64,000 nucleotides of DNA from Spirochaetota bacterium (lineage in GTDB: Bacteria > Spirochaetota > Spirochaetia > Treponematales > Rectinemataceae). The stretch is taken from positions 40,256 to 104,255 of the forward strand of contig JAJUIB010000008.1 in NCBI GenBank assembly GCA_029265615.1, read 5' to 3'. Below the pieces are notes generated by a model, which saw only the letters and a list, made by a program, of their open reading frames with translations, had not been told where the DNA came from and did not search any database. The translations under genes and the position numbers were made by a program. Positions 9,601 to 14,911 of this stretch are shown piece after piece (the first letter of the stretch is position 1; every line of letters begins with the position of its first letter).

Positions 9601-10718
9601 ACGAGCGGGGCTACTTCTCCTTCGAGCTTCCTGCAGAGCGCCTTGCCGAGGGCGAGATTACGCTCGTCGCACGCGTCGTGACAAGCTCGGGCCGACTTGT
9701 TGAATCCCGCGGCGTACCCGTGACCTGGTACAAGTTCGGCCCCTGGGTGAGCATCGACTCGCATGCCTTTGGCGCCTACCTTCCGTATCGGCCCTACCTT
9801 GAGGGAAGCGCGGGATATGCGGCGCCGGACGGCGAGGCGCCTGCCGGTGCCGCCGATAGGACCGCCGTCCTCGCGGCGCGCAAGGCCGCCGAGGGGCGCC
9901 GCGTCGCCCGCGTCGAGGTCAGCCTCGACAACGGGCGGACATTCACCGTGGCGCAGGGTCGGGAAAAGTGGAGGTTCCGTCTTGAAACGCAGAACTTTCT
10001 CGAAGGCCCTGTCCCGCTCATTGTGCGTGCGCATTTTGTCGACGGGTCGGCCGCTGTGGTAAAGACCCTGTTCGCTCTCGACAAGACGGCCCCCGTGGTG
10101 GGGCTCGACCAGCCCGCCGAGGACGGGCGCTTTAACGGCGAGATCCGCGCCTCGGGTGTCGCGAGCGACGCATCGGGACTTTCGGCGGTGGGCCTTTCGC
10201 TCCGCAAGGGAGACAAGCGAAGCTACGAGCTCCCCTCGTTCATACAGGGGCTCTACCTCGACGCGCACTTCATGGGGGCGACCTATTACGACCTTGGCGC
10301 GGGGCTTTCCTTTTTCCAGGACAACGTAAAGCTCCAGGTTATGTACGGCAGCGCGCCTGAGCTCAACTCTGACGGGACGCCTGGGCGGTTTTACGGCGAT
10401 GTTTTTGGCGCAAAACTGCTTGCAAACCTCGCCTACCTGCCCGCCGCGTTTATCCTTGGCCCGGATTGGGACTTCCTGTCCGCATCGCTTGCGGTCGGGG
10501 CGAATTTCTCGTATTTCACACAGACATCAAGCGGAACGGGGCTCATCCTCGGCGCGGTGGTGGCGCAGGTCGAATTCCCCAAAGTGACGCTCAAACATTG
10601 GCCGCTCATGCGTAAGTACTCGTTCTATGGCGAGGGGCAGGCATGGTTCGTCTCTTCGGATGTGCAGGGCGGCATCGAATACCGCATCTCGTTCGGCGCG
10701 CGCATCGGCGTGTTCTAA
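3624..10718 (+). CDS. Giant secreted protein (2364 aa): about 15 Ig-like modules plus a C-terminal beta-barrel-like domain
   Basis: Uninterrupted 7.1-kb ORF. Signal-peptide-like N-terminus (RSVAACVFFALSLFDAAALG). Recurrent module signature, e.g. LNVVGTCVDDDAVGYVEVSVDGG, ALVWGTIRDDDGVASLRYAIDGG, FSVSGTALDDDGVAALWWRLDGG. The last 165 aa have an amphipathic strand pattern ending ...ISFGARIGVF. Confidence 0.8.
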   Translation: MDFEIRRCRSFLRSVAACVFFALSLFDAAALGQKEPRLEKAAGLEDWEHAFDISALPKGKYNIVVEGRDKAGNAAVFGPINVYVDPDSDLPRVSIVNPLPGMRVGGDLNVVGTCVDDDAVGYVEVSVDGGEFVRAEGGEFWSLLLATKNLADGRRTVAARGVDVNGLAGPVSRVFFDLDRAKPLAAVEGRDSGSLVSGSVRLQGSVYDANGVALLEASLDGGKTFSRLELRRGKDKERAGFTLPLDTRKFPDGPLVVWLKSVDGVGSRGSAAFVLVVDNTKPLIEIALPRESAAVNGRFTLAGAVRDAVGVARLSYEFAGVEKGEIPLVPGDPYFAKELDARALKGGKAEVTLIAEDRIGNVTRRVVTRRIDNEADKPVVRLSFPELGGKVGPGALVWGTIRDDDGVASLRYAIDGGAPVEIPASEHFAFVLPELPSGRHTLTLAAKDVEGRLGDPLVVPFLVDAGPAFVSFTRISPFDGKGGGESERDYAPGAEVRIDRGLALDARVLSPNPIAVAEWSVNGGPPRSLPSAKSEGGAYSYRLPLDRSLPYGFLLVELRVKDTFGNETAGKALLYAVNLGAIREEPGFIVDDPRLIEGMIRLSAKEDFSFAFYGEELAALRLEPESDRVAASFEGRIVTVLARAEGRTKPTKIIGTTKRGHVYETGPYVFDCDASPPRIEIDSPADGAWFKGRFDVRGRVTDIGGAVSLRMRLGTTQDEREVKVGSDGRFSLMVEPPPTSGPAILELVAEDPSGNRSRAYRSYGVDADPPELRFISPEAGADLRGPEDVAALVAEVSGVALVEFAADGENFAPIEHRPEGFIHRADLAANPKAAYRVTDRAGNVTLARPQVVIANSTASIPALSEVAIAPGEGEGRAALLGTSGQRKVALTLPALAEPEFLSLGFAEDRDPPERFSRRLLVSGSLSLSGKVSGRAPLKAVSLSLDGGTSYAPLYQAKDAKSALPEVAVKIAYDSTKAADGEARFVIRLEDVEGSALFVPLYLFIDNTAPRITFLAPDAGFASSGGPLLVVAKIVDGRGVLTADLVLGAERRALPVSEGGAYYAAWADPRPGTGQKNSLFPIALSARDEAGNAASDARRLSYDPQIDTPRIELSLPPSNPPAQGKISVPPKIAPGDAIVGSATDDDGPVPVSLSFDAAEPVLFPLGAFALPCPELAPGRHTLKIVARDALGAEAIRLVELFVCGPAPTLRDVEAVVGSSRAPWSPGAEIALSPGASLVGRSDSPNGLSLVEFSVNGGAAQKAAVTAPKEGEAKMGGTYSFSVPLPAALPFERFTVDVVARDGIGLETRRRYDFHAILPTLASAHPADDAEGLRFNDARISMASGVPRIDVAPGERLIGRWNGRPLRSVALEPASSLLEAAFADRAVSIDARAEGIALVSAEGKGGLKLVLVTVDGDRFEWGPFSACVDASLPVLTLEGPEDALWTKGATRVWGRAEDPNGVVAVELAVNGGQAELLAPRPASKAPLPAAGRGQDTPAIRGASPGISLPVAPQSPSQPPRGPLSLYHFDIEAALTGAEDGVVRLDIIARDAAGKESRITRFLYKDSAPPELSLVLPPPNEPVNGTTTLVGEARDGGRLASAVFVPSSDATAESVEGLSVFSRRIDLARIAYPFTGGGFRVKDRAGNEALLSPELLVDKGRDAPLVQVLAPAELEVVRQDFSVSGTALDDDGVAALWWRLDGGAWTRIEPTGAGFDVRFSLAATEDNERLFEIFAEDIYGVKGEVAARRFRVSREEPVARMTSPSIDKPRRGLVRLEGDSTDANGIASVGVSFDNVTSFDLARGAEFWSYPLDTRVLSDGLHAIAVKPVDRYDTEGFYATILGVDNTPPRAELSLPEDGELCYGRMLASGRVSDNVGLASARIEIAPIGRDKPPLLSIDLGAARVVRRELDLSSLPPGGYSVRLIARDRADNETMASRDIVLASSGPLDSVDILFPSDGERVRGRARVHGRARIEGGASTVTLFAGGVDLGSAPLDERGYFSFELPAERLAEGEITLVARVVTSSGRLVESRGVPVTWYKFGPWVSIDSHAFGAYLPYRPYLEGSAGYAAPDGEAPAGAADRTAVLAARKAAEGRRVARVEVSLDNGRTFTVAQGREKWRFRLETQNFLEGPVPLIVRAHFVDGSAAVVKTLFALDKTAPVVGLDQPAEDGRFNGEIRASGVASDASGLSAVGLSLRKGDKRSYELPSFIQGLYLDAHFMGATYYDLGAGLSFFQDNVKLQVMYGSAPELNSDGTPGRFYGDVFGAKLLANLAYLPAAFILGPDWDFLSASLAVGANFSYFTQTSSGTGLILGAVVAQVEFPKVTLKHWPLMRKYSFYGEGQAWFVSSDVQGGIEYRISFGARIGVF

Positions 10719-10802
10719 AACGCTTTTGCGCGCCGCGCGCGCGTCGCTTCGATGCCCGCTCTTTTCCGGTGTCGGGGGCGGGTATCAAAGCTGTATGCTG
10801 AG

Positions 10803-10888
10803 TGCCGGGGACGGGCATCGAACCCGCACGCCGCTTGCGCAGCAAGGGATTTTAAGTCCCTGGTGTCTACCAATTCCACCACCCCGGC
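10803..10888 (-). tRNA. tRNA-Leu (anticodon UAA), long variable arm, no encoded CCA
   Basis: Minus-strand read: GCCGGGGTGGTGGAATTGGTAGACACCAGGGACTTAAAATCCCTTGCTGCGCAAGCGGCGTGCGGGTTCGATGCCCGTCCCCGGCA. 7-bp acceptor stem GCCGGGG/CCCCGGC, anticodon loop CTTAAAA, T-arm GCGGG-TTCGATG-CCCGT. Confidence 0.9.
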
Positions 10889-10917
10889 CGACCTCGGCTG
10901 TGGCACCAATCCCGTTT

Positions 10918-10947
10918 AGCATACGGTTCTCACGGTGCTTACGTCAA
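10918..10947 (-). promoter_or_regulatory. Sigma70-like promoter for tRNA-Leu (TTGACG-N18-TATGCT)
   Basis: Minus-strand read cATTGACGtaagcaccgtgagaaccgTATGCTaaac, about 29 nt upstream of the tRNA 5' end. Confidence 0.45.
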
Positions 10948-11053
10948 TGACCACCTTGGGTGAGTGACATGCCTGTCATTTACCGCTTGCGCTCGGCGAA
11001 GAAGCGCGATAGAGTGAACGCTCGTACATGATTTGAGCTTTTGGAGGACATAC

Positions 11054-11662
11054 ATGTCGAAGAAACTCATACTCGCTCTATGCGCCATGGTCGTTGTAGG
11101 AAGCTCAGCCTTTGCCGAACTAGCCCTTCGGGTCGGAACCGATCTTGAGGGGCAGTACCGGACTAAAGCCGAGGGTGCAAGCTGGAATAGCGACCCGGAT
11201 ATGTACACCGATGTGCGCGCGGGTTTTACGCTCGGGGCTGAGTATATGGTAGCGCTTGCGCCAGTGGTCAAAGCGGGGGCGGGCGCCGAGTTCCGGGTGC
11301 ATCGCTCCCTGCAGGACTCGCTCGCTGAAAGAACAATCGCCTTCCTCCCCCTCTATGGGCTTGTGCGCATGCCGCTCAACGTCGAGGGCCTCCGGATTGT
11401 CCCCACGGGTCGGATCGGGTATGGAGTTCTCATGGGGAACGAGGCCTACACAGGCTCGAACACCGAGCTTTCTGGCGGCCTTTACTGGGCGGCGGGGCTC
11501 GGGTTCCAGCTCTCGCGGAATCTTTTTGTGGAGGGCCTCTACAGTGTGAACGAGGGGATGCGGACTACGACAGCCCAGATTCTTGGTACGACGACGACGA
11601 CGCGGAGTTCGGTACGCTACAGCACGGTGGAGATTTCGATCGGCTATGCATTCGGGCGTTGA
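11054..11662 (+). CDS. Small outer-membrane beta-barrel protein (OmpW/OmpA-like, about 8 strands)
   Basis: ATG at 11054 preceded by GGAGG at 11043-11047. Signal peptide MSKKLILALCAMVVVGSSAFA. Alternating hydrophobic strands and a C-terminal ...VEISIGYAFGR. The upstream ATG at 11033 has no Shine-Dalgarno sequence. Confidence 0.65.
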   Translation: MSKKLILALCAMVVVGSSAFAELALRVGTDLEGQYRTKAEGASWNSDPDMYTDVRAGFTLGAEYMVALAPVVKAGAGAEFRVHRSLQDSLAERTIAFLPLYGLVRMPLNVEGLRIVPTGRIGYGVLMGNEAYTGSNTELSGGLYWAAGLGFQLSRNLFVEGLYSVNEGMRTTTAQILGTTTTTRSSVRYSTVEISIGYAFGR

Positions 11663-11675
11663 GGGCGCTATGAGC

Positions 11676-11727
11676 TAAAAATCGCCCCTCCTTAAGCCTT
11701 GAGTGTGCGTCAAGGCTTGAGGGGGGG
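11676..11727 (-). terminator. Long GC-rich hairpin with a T-run on the minus strand (bcp terminator; may also stop the convergent OMP gene)
   Basis: Plus strand: aaaaatcg-CCCCTCCTTAAGCCTTGA-gtgtgcg-TCAAGGCTTGAGGGGGG. 9 perfect inner base pairs plus an extended outer stem. The minus-strand read is followed by CGATTTTT. Confidence 0.6.
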
Positions 11728-11745
11728 AGCAGAAAAGGACCTTTT

Positions 11746-12198
11746 CTAAAGTGCCGCGAGGATCTCGGCGGCGTGTCCTTCGGGGCTTACCTTCGGGAAT
11801 ATCCTGAGGATGCGGCCCGTCTCGTCAATGAGAAAGGTCGAGCGCTTTACGCCGAGGACGGATTTCCCGTAGAGCTTTTTTTCGCCGAAGGCGCCGTAGA
11901 CCTCGAGCGCCGTGCGTTCGGGGTCCGCGAGGAGGAGAAAGGGCAGGGCGTGTCGCTCAGCGAATCTGCGGTGAGATGCGGGCTTGTCGGGGCTGATGCC
12001 GATCACCACCGCGCCTTTAGCGCGAATCGCCTCGTGCGCATCGCGGAAGCCGCAGGCTTCCTTGGTGCAGCCAGGCGTGTCGTCTTTGGGATAGAAATAG
12101 AGGACGACTTTGTGTCCGCGGAATTCGGCAAGCGAATGCGTTTTTCCCTCGGCGTCCTCGAGCGAGAAATCGGGGGCAATGTCGCCGACCTGTAGCAT
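11746..12198 (-). CDS. bcp: Thioredoxin-dependent peroxiredoxin Bcp
   Basis: Motif [16 protein letters not shown] (peroxidatic Cys). ATG at 12198 ([11 protein letters not shown]) is preceded by GGAAGGAG with 5-nt spacing. The ORF-track start at 12225 would contain that RBS internally. Confidence 0.9.
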   Translation of the reverse strand: MLQVGDIAPDFSLEDAEGKTHSLAEFRGHKVVLYFYPKDDTPGCTKEACGFRDAHEAIRAKGAVVIGISPDKPASHRRFAERHALPFLLLADPERTALEVYGAFGEKKLYGKSVLGVKRSTFLIDETGRILRIFPKVSPEGHAAEILAAL

Positions 12199-12272
12199 GG
12201 GGTCTCCTTCCGGTACGGTCCTCAAGGCCGCGCCCAGGCTAGTAATATACGGAATAACCTTTCATTCCGGAA

Positions 12273-13043
12273 ATGTCTGGCTTCTTACTGCACTGCCGCG
12301 CCGCGAATGAAAGGGCCCCTTCCAGCGCGTTGGGGTGCCGCGATATGCTCGCTTCCATGACCTGCCGCCTCTGCGGTGCTCCCGATCCTCGACGTTTTTT
12401 CGCCCGTGGTAAGGGCTATCTTGACTGTCCGCAGTGCGGCTATGTGGGGCTCGAGCCGACACTGTTCCCGCGCCGCGACGATGAGTGTGCGCGCTACCTT
12501 CTCCATAAGAATGATTCTGCCGATATAGGCTATCGCAATTTTCTTGAAACCTTCGTGAAGGCCCTGCCCAAAATCGCCCCGGGTGCCAGGGTTCTCGACT
12601 TCGGATCGGGGCCCGTGCCCGCGCTGAGCGATATGCTCAGGGCCCGGGGGTTTATCGTGACTTCCTATGACCCCTTTTTCGCGCCGGGGAAGGCGTGGAG
12701 GCGCCACCTGTTCGATCTCATAGTTGCCCACGAGGTCGCCGAACATCTCCGCTTCCCCGGCAGAAGCCTTGGCGCGCTCGCAGGGCGGCTTTCGATCGGA
12801 GGCTGGCTTGCGCTACGCACGCGCTTTGCGCCCGATTCGGACGAGGAATTCGTGCGCTGGTGGTACCGCGAGGATTCGACCCACGTTGGATTTTTTCGGG
12901 CGCGGAGCTTTGTTTTCCTCGCGGGGAAACTCGGGCTCGAACTCGAGGAGCTTTCTGCGCCGGACCGCGTGGTGCTACGAAAGCCCCGCAAGCTACCAGG
13001 CGGCGTAACGCAGGGTGAGGGCGCCGCCTGCGCGCGCGCTTAA
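12273..13043 (+). CDS. Class I SAM-dependent methyltransferase with an N-terminal Cys4 zinc-ribbon-like motif
   Basis: CRLCGAP...CPQCGY near the N-terminus. SAM motif I is VLDFGSGPVP. The start is uncertain (ATG 12273, 12345 or 12357). Confidence 0.7.
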   Translation: MSGFLLHCRAANERAPSSALGCRDMLASMTCRLCGAPDPRRFFARGKGYLDCPQCGYVGLEPTLFPRRDDECARYLLHKNDSADIGYRNFLETFVKALPKIAPGARVLDFGSGPVPALSDMLRARGFIVTSYDPFFAPGKAWRRHLFDLIVAHEVAEHLRFPGRSLGALAGRLSIGGWLALRTRFAPDSDEEFVRWWYREDSTHVGFFRARSFVFLAGKLGLELEELSAPDRVVLRKPRKLPGGVTQGEGAACARA

Positions 13044-14278
13044 GCCCTTATGGCTCCGAGGCGCGCAAGGCCCGCCGGGAGCTCCGGGTGGAGCTTTGCG
13101 AGGGCCTTGCGGGCGATCTCGCCTGTCGTTCCGGAAAGAAGGCGTTCGGTGAGGCGCCAGTAGTAGTAGGGAGAACCCTCAAGGCGTCCGCGTGATATGG
13201 CAAGGCGGAATTTCGAAAGGAGCCCGCGATCTATCGACAGCTCCGCCGCGGCCGCTTCGACCCGCATGTCTTCGGCTTTCATGCGTTCCGCGACTGCCGC
13301 GGCGAGCGACGCACGGGAGTAGAGCGCAATTCGGTCGACGTCGAGGATGAGCGCCGCGCATTCAAGCGAGGTGAGTTCGCGGTCGGGGTCGTGGCGCATG
13401 CGGTCAGGCACTGCAGGCTGCGGCTCCGCGCCGGGAGGGGGGGAGCCCCGCTGTGTCTGCGGCTCCGCCTTCACAAAGTACGAGTACCCGCAGAGGCGTC
13501 CGAAGGCGCGGAGCGTGTCGAGGTAGCCGAGAAGGGTGAAGCGGTCAAGAAACTCGCGGTTAAAGTCGAGTACGCCGCCCATGTCGATGGAGTTTTTGAT
13601 GTAGGCGGTCACAGAACCTTCCGTTCGCGGGCGGCGGTTCCTTCCGGCGCCTGAGATGTCCGACACGATGATGCGGCGGTATCCGCGGCGCCGTGCCATT
13701 TCATAGGGCACATTGTCGTACATGCCGCCGTCTGCGTACTTTTTCCCGGCGATCACGGGGCTTTCGAAACCCGGAAAAGCGGAGCTTGCCATGAGGTAAT
13801 CGATGAGCCGCCCCGGCTCCATGTTCTCGAGGAATATTTCCCGGGGTTCAAGATCGGAGACATTGATGGTAACGATGCCAAGGTCGCGGCCCGAGGATCG
13901 GATCGCCGTCTCGTCGAGGCGGGTCGCGAGGATGCGCCGCAAGGGACTCGTATCAAGGCCTTTTTGCGCCATGGCCGACTTGAAGAGCTCGCGGGCGGCG
14001 CCGAGCGATGCGAGGTCAAGTTTGAGTTCGCCATTCTCAGTGAGCTCTTCAGGGAGCTTGATCACGGAATCAAGGCCGATTGTTGCGCCCAGCTCCTCGA
14101 GCGCCTCGTCGGAGCCCTGGGCGAGAAAGCCCGCGATGATCGCGCCGATCGAGGCGCCGACAAAGGCGGTGGCGCGGATGTCCATTTCTTTGAGCGCCCG
14201 CCAGACGCCTATATGGTAGACGCCCTTTGCGCCGCCCCCCCCAAGGACAAGGCACCAGCTATCGTTCTGCCTGCTCAT
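13040..14278 (-). CDS. Patatin-like phospholipase family protein
   Basis: Oxyanion motif LGGGGAKGVYHIG, nucleophile elbow GASIGA (GxSxG) and catalytic Asp context YADGGMYDNVP. Confidence 0.85.
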   Translation of the reverse strand: MSRQNDSWCLVLGGGGAKGVYHIGVWRALKEMDIRATAFVGASIGAIIAGFLAQGSDEALEELGATIGLDSVIKLPEELTENGELKLDLASLGAARELFKSAMAQKGLDTSPLRRILATRLDETAIRSSGRDLGIVTINVSDLEPREIFLENMEPGRLIDYLMASSAFPGFESPVIAGKKYADGGMYDNVPYEMARRRGYRRIIVSDISGAGRNRRPRTEGSVTAYIKNSIDMGGVLDFNREFLDRFTLLGYLDTLRAFGRLCGYSYFVKAEPQTQRGSPPPGAEPQPAVPDRMRHDPDRELTSLECAALILDVDRIALYSRASLAAAVAERMKAEDMRVEAAAAELSIDRGLLSKFRLAISRGRLEGSPYYYWRLTERLLSGTTGEIARKALAKLHPELPAGLARLGAIRA

Positions 14279-14384
14279 GGCTTCCCCCTCTGTCGTTATT
14301 CAGTAGAAAGTATACTTTGTTACTGGGGCTCGGTGCCACGAGAGCGAGAGCGGAGACGACGGCGGTCGGCGGCAAGGCTGCAAA

Positions 14385-14440
14385 AAAACGAAAGGGGGTT
14401 GCTGTCACCAGCAAGCCCCTTTCGGGCTAAAGAGGATTTG
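14385..14440 (-). repeat. Degenerate direct copy of the tRNA-Pro 3' end (18 nt) plus its downstream terminator hairpin
   Basis: aaaacgaaagggggttgctgtcaccagcaagcccctttcgggctaaagaggatttg compared with 14644-14697 aaaacgaaaggggttgctgtcaccagcaaccccctttcgggctgagaggatttg. About 50 matching positions, 2 single-nt indels and 2 substitutions. Confidence 0.85.
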
Positions 14441-14590
14441 GCTTTCGGTCGCGCACATCCTGTACGCTCCCTCAAGCCCGGGGAGAACGCGCTCGCCGAC
14501 GCGGAGCGCTCGATGTCTCGCGCTCCTTCCTGTCGGCTCGGCCTTTCGGCGTCCTCAAGACGATCGGACGCCGAGCGGCGCGTTCTCCCT

Positions 14591-14609
14591 TCAAATCCTC
14601 TCTAGCCCG
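14591..14609 (+). repeat. Inverted fragment of the tRNA-Pro 3' end (T-loop to acceptor)
   Basis: Plus strand tcaaatcctctctagcccg compared with the tRNA-Pro sense sequence ttcaaatcctctcagcccg (one inserted t). Confidence 0.75.
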
Positions 14610-14643
14610 CGGGAATGGCGGCAGTTGCCGGCAACGCTGTAAT

Positions 14644-14679
14644 AAAACGAAAGGGGTTGCTGTCACCAGCAACCCCCTT
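14644..14679 (-). terminator. Intrinsic terminator directly after tRNA-Pro
   Basis: Minus-strand read AAGGGGGTTGCTG-gtga-CAGCAACCCCTTT-cgttttatt, starting right after the discriminator base. Confidence 0.55.
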
Positions 14680-14752
14680 TCGGGCTGAGAGGATTTGAAC
14701 CTCCGACATCTTGGTCCCGAACCAAGCGCGCTAGCCCCTGCGCTACAGCCCG
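14680..14752 (-). tRNA. tRNA-Pro (anticodon CGG)
   Basis: Minus-strand read: CGGGCTGTAGCGCAGGGGCTAGCGCGCTTGGTTCGGGACCAAGATGTCGGAGGTTCAAATCCTCTCAGCCCGA. Acceptor stem CGGGCTG/CAGCCCG, anticodon arm CTTGG-TTCGGGA-CCAAG, T-arm GGAGG-TTCAAAT-CCTCT. Confidence 0.9.
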
Positions 14753-14787
14753 TTTGAAAAAAAGAACCCGTCGCTAGACGGGTTCTT
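14753..14787 (-). terminator. Strong intrinsic-terminator-like hairpin between tRNA-Asp and tRNA-Pro
   Basis: Minus-strand read AGAACCCGTC-tagc-GACGGGTTCT-TTTTTTCAAA. 10-bp perfect stem, 4-nt loop and a T-run. Confidence 0.65.
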
Positions 14788-14861
14788 CGGGAGCGACGGG
14801 GCTTGAACCCGCGATCTCCGGCTTGACAGGCCGGCGCGATAACCAGCTTCGCCACGCCCCC
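14788..14861 (-). tRNA. tRNA-Asp (anticodon GUC)
   Basis: Minus-strand read: GGGGGCGTGGCGAAGCTGGTTATCGCGCCGGCCTGTCAAGCCGGAGATCGCGGGTTCAAGCCCCGTCGCTCCCG. Anticodon arm CCGGC-CTGTCAA-GCCGG, T-arm GCGGG-TTCAAGC-CCCGT. Confidence 0.9.
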
Positions 14862-14882
14862 GTGTCGTTGACGACGGAAGGC

Positions 14883-14911
14883 ACTATATCGGCGGTGCCG
14901 ATGAGTGTCAA
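14883..14911 (-). promoter_or_regulatory. Sigma70-like promoter for the tRNA-Asp/Pro unit (TTGACA-N17-TATAGT)
   Basis: Minus-strand read TTGACActcatcggcaccgccgaTATAGT. The -35 overlaps the stop codon of the upstream gene. The -10 ends 21 nt before the tRNA-Asp 5' end. Confidence 0.55.

Noticed and set aside
1-10888. Genomic island integrated at tRNA-Leu (the surface-protein locus abuts the tRNA 3' end)
   Set aside because: I saw no integrase and no direct repeat of the tRNA-Leu 3' end anywhere in 1-10800. The left boundary lies outside the window. The island hypothesis cannot be supported from this sequence alone.
13040-13043. Convergent methyltransferase and patatin genes share overlapping stop codons (TTAA). 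The pdxA/aor stops are only 9 nt apart (25481-25489) and the lplA/SLT stops 15 nt apart.
   Set aside because: These are real but unremarkable in a compact genome. There is no evidence of regulatory antisense function beyond the lack of room for terminators.
14472-14855. 127-aa minus-strand ORF
   Set aside because: It runs straight through tRNA-Asp, the inter-tRNA terminator and tRNA-Pro, so it is not coding.
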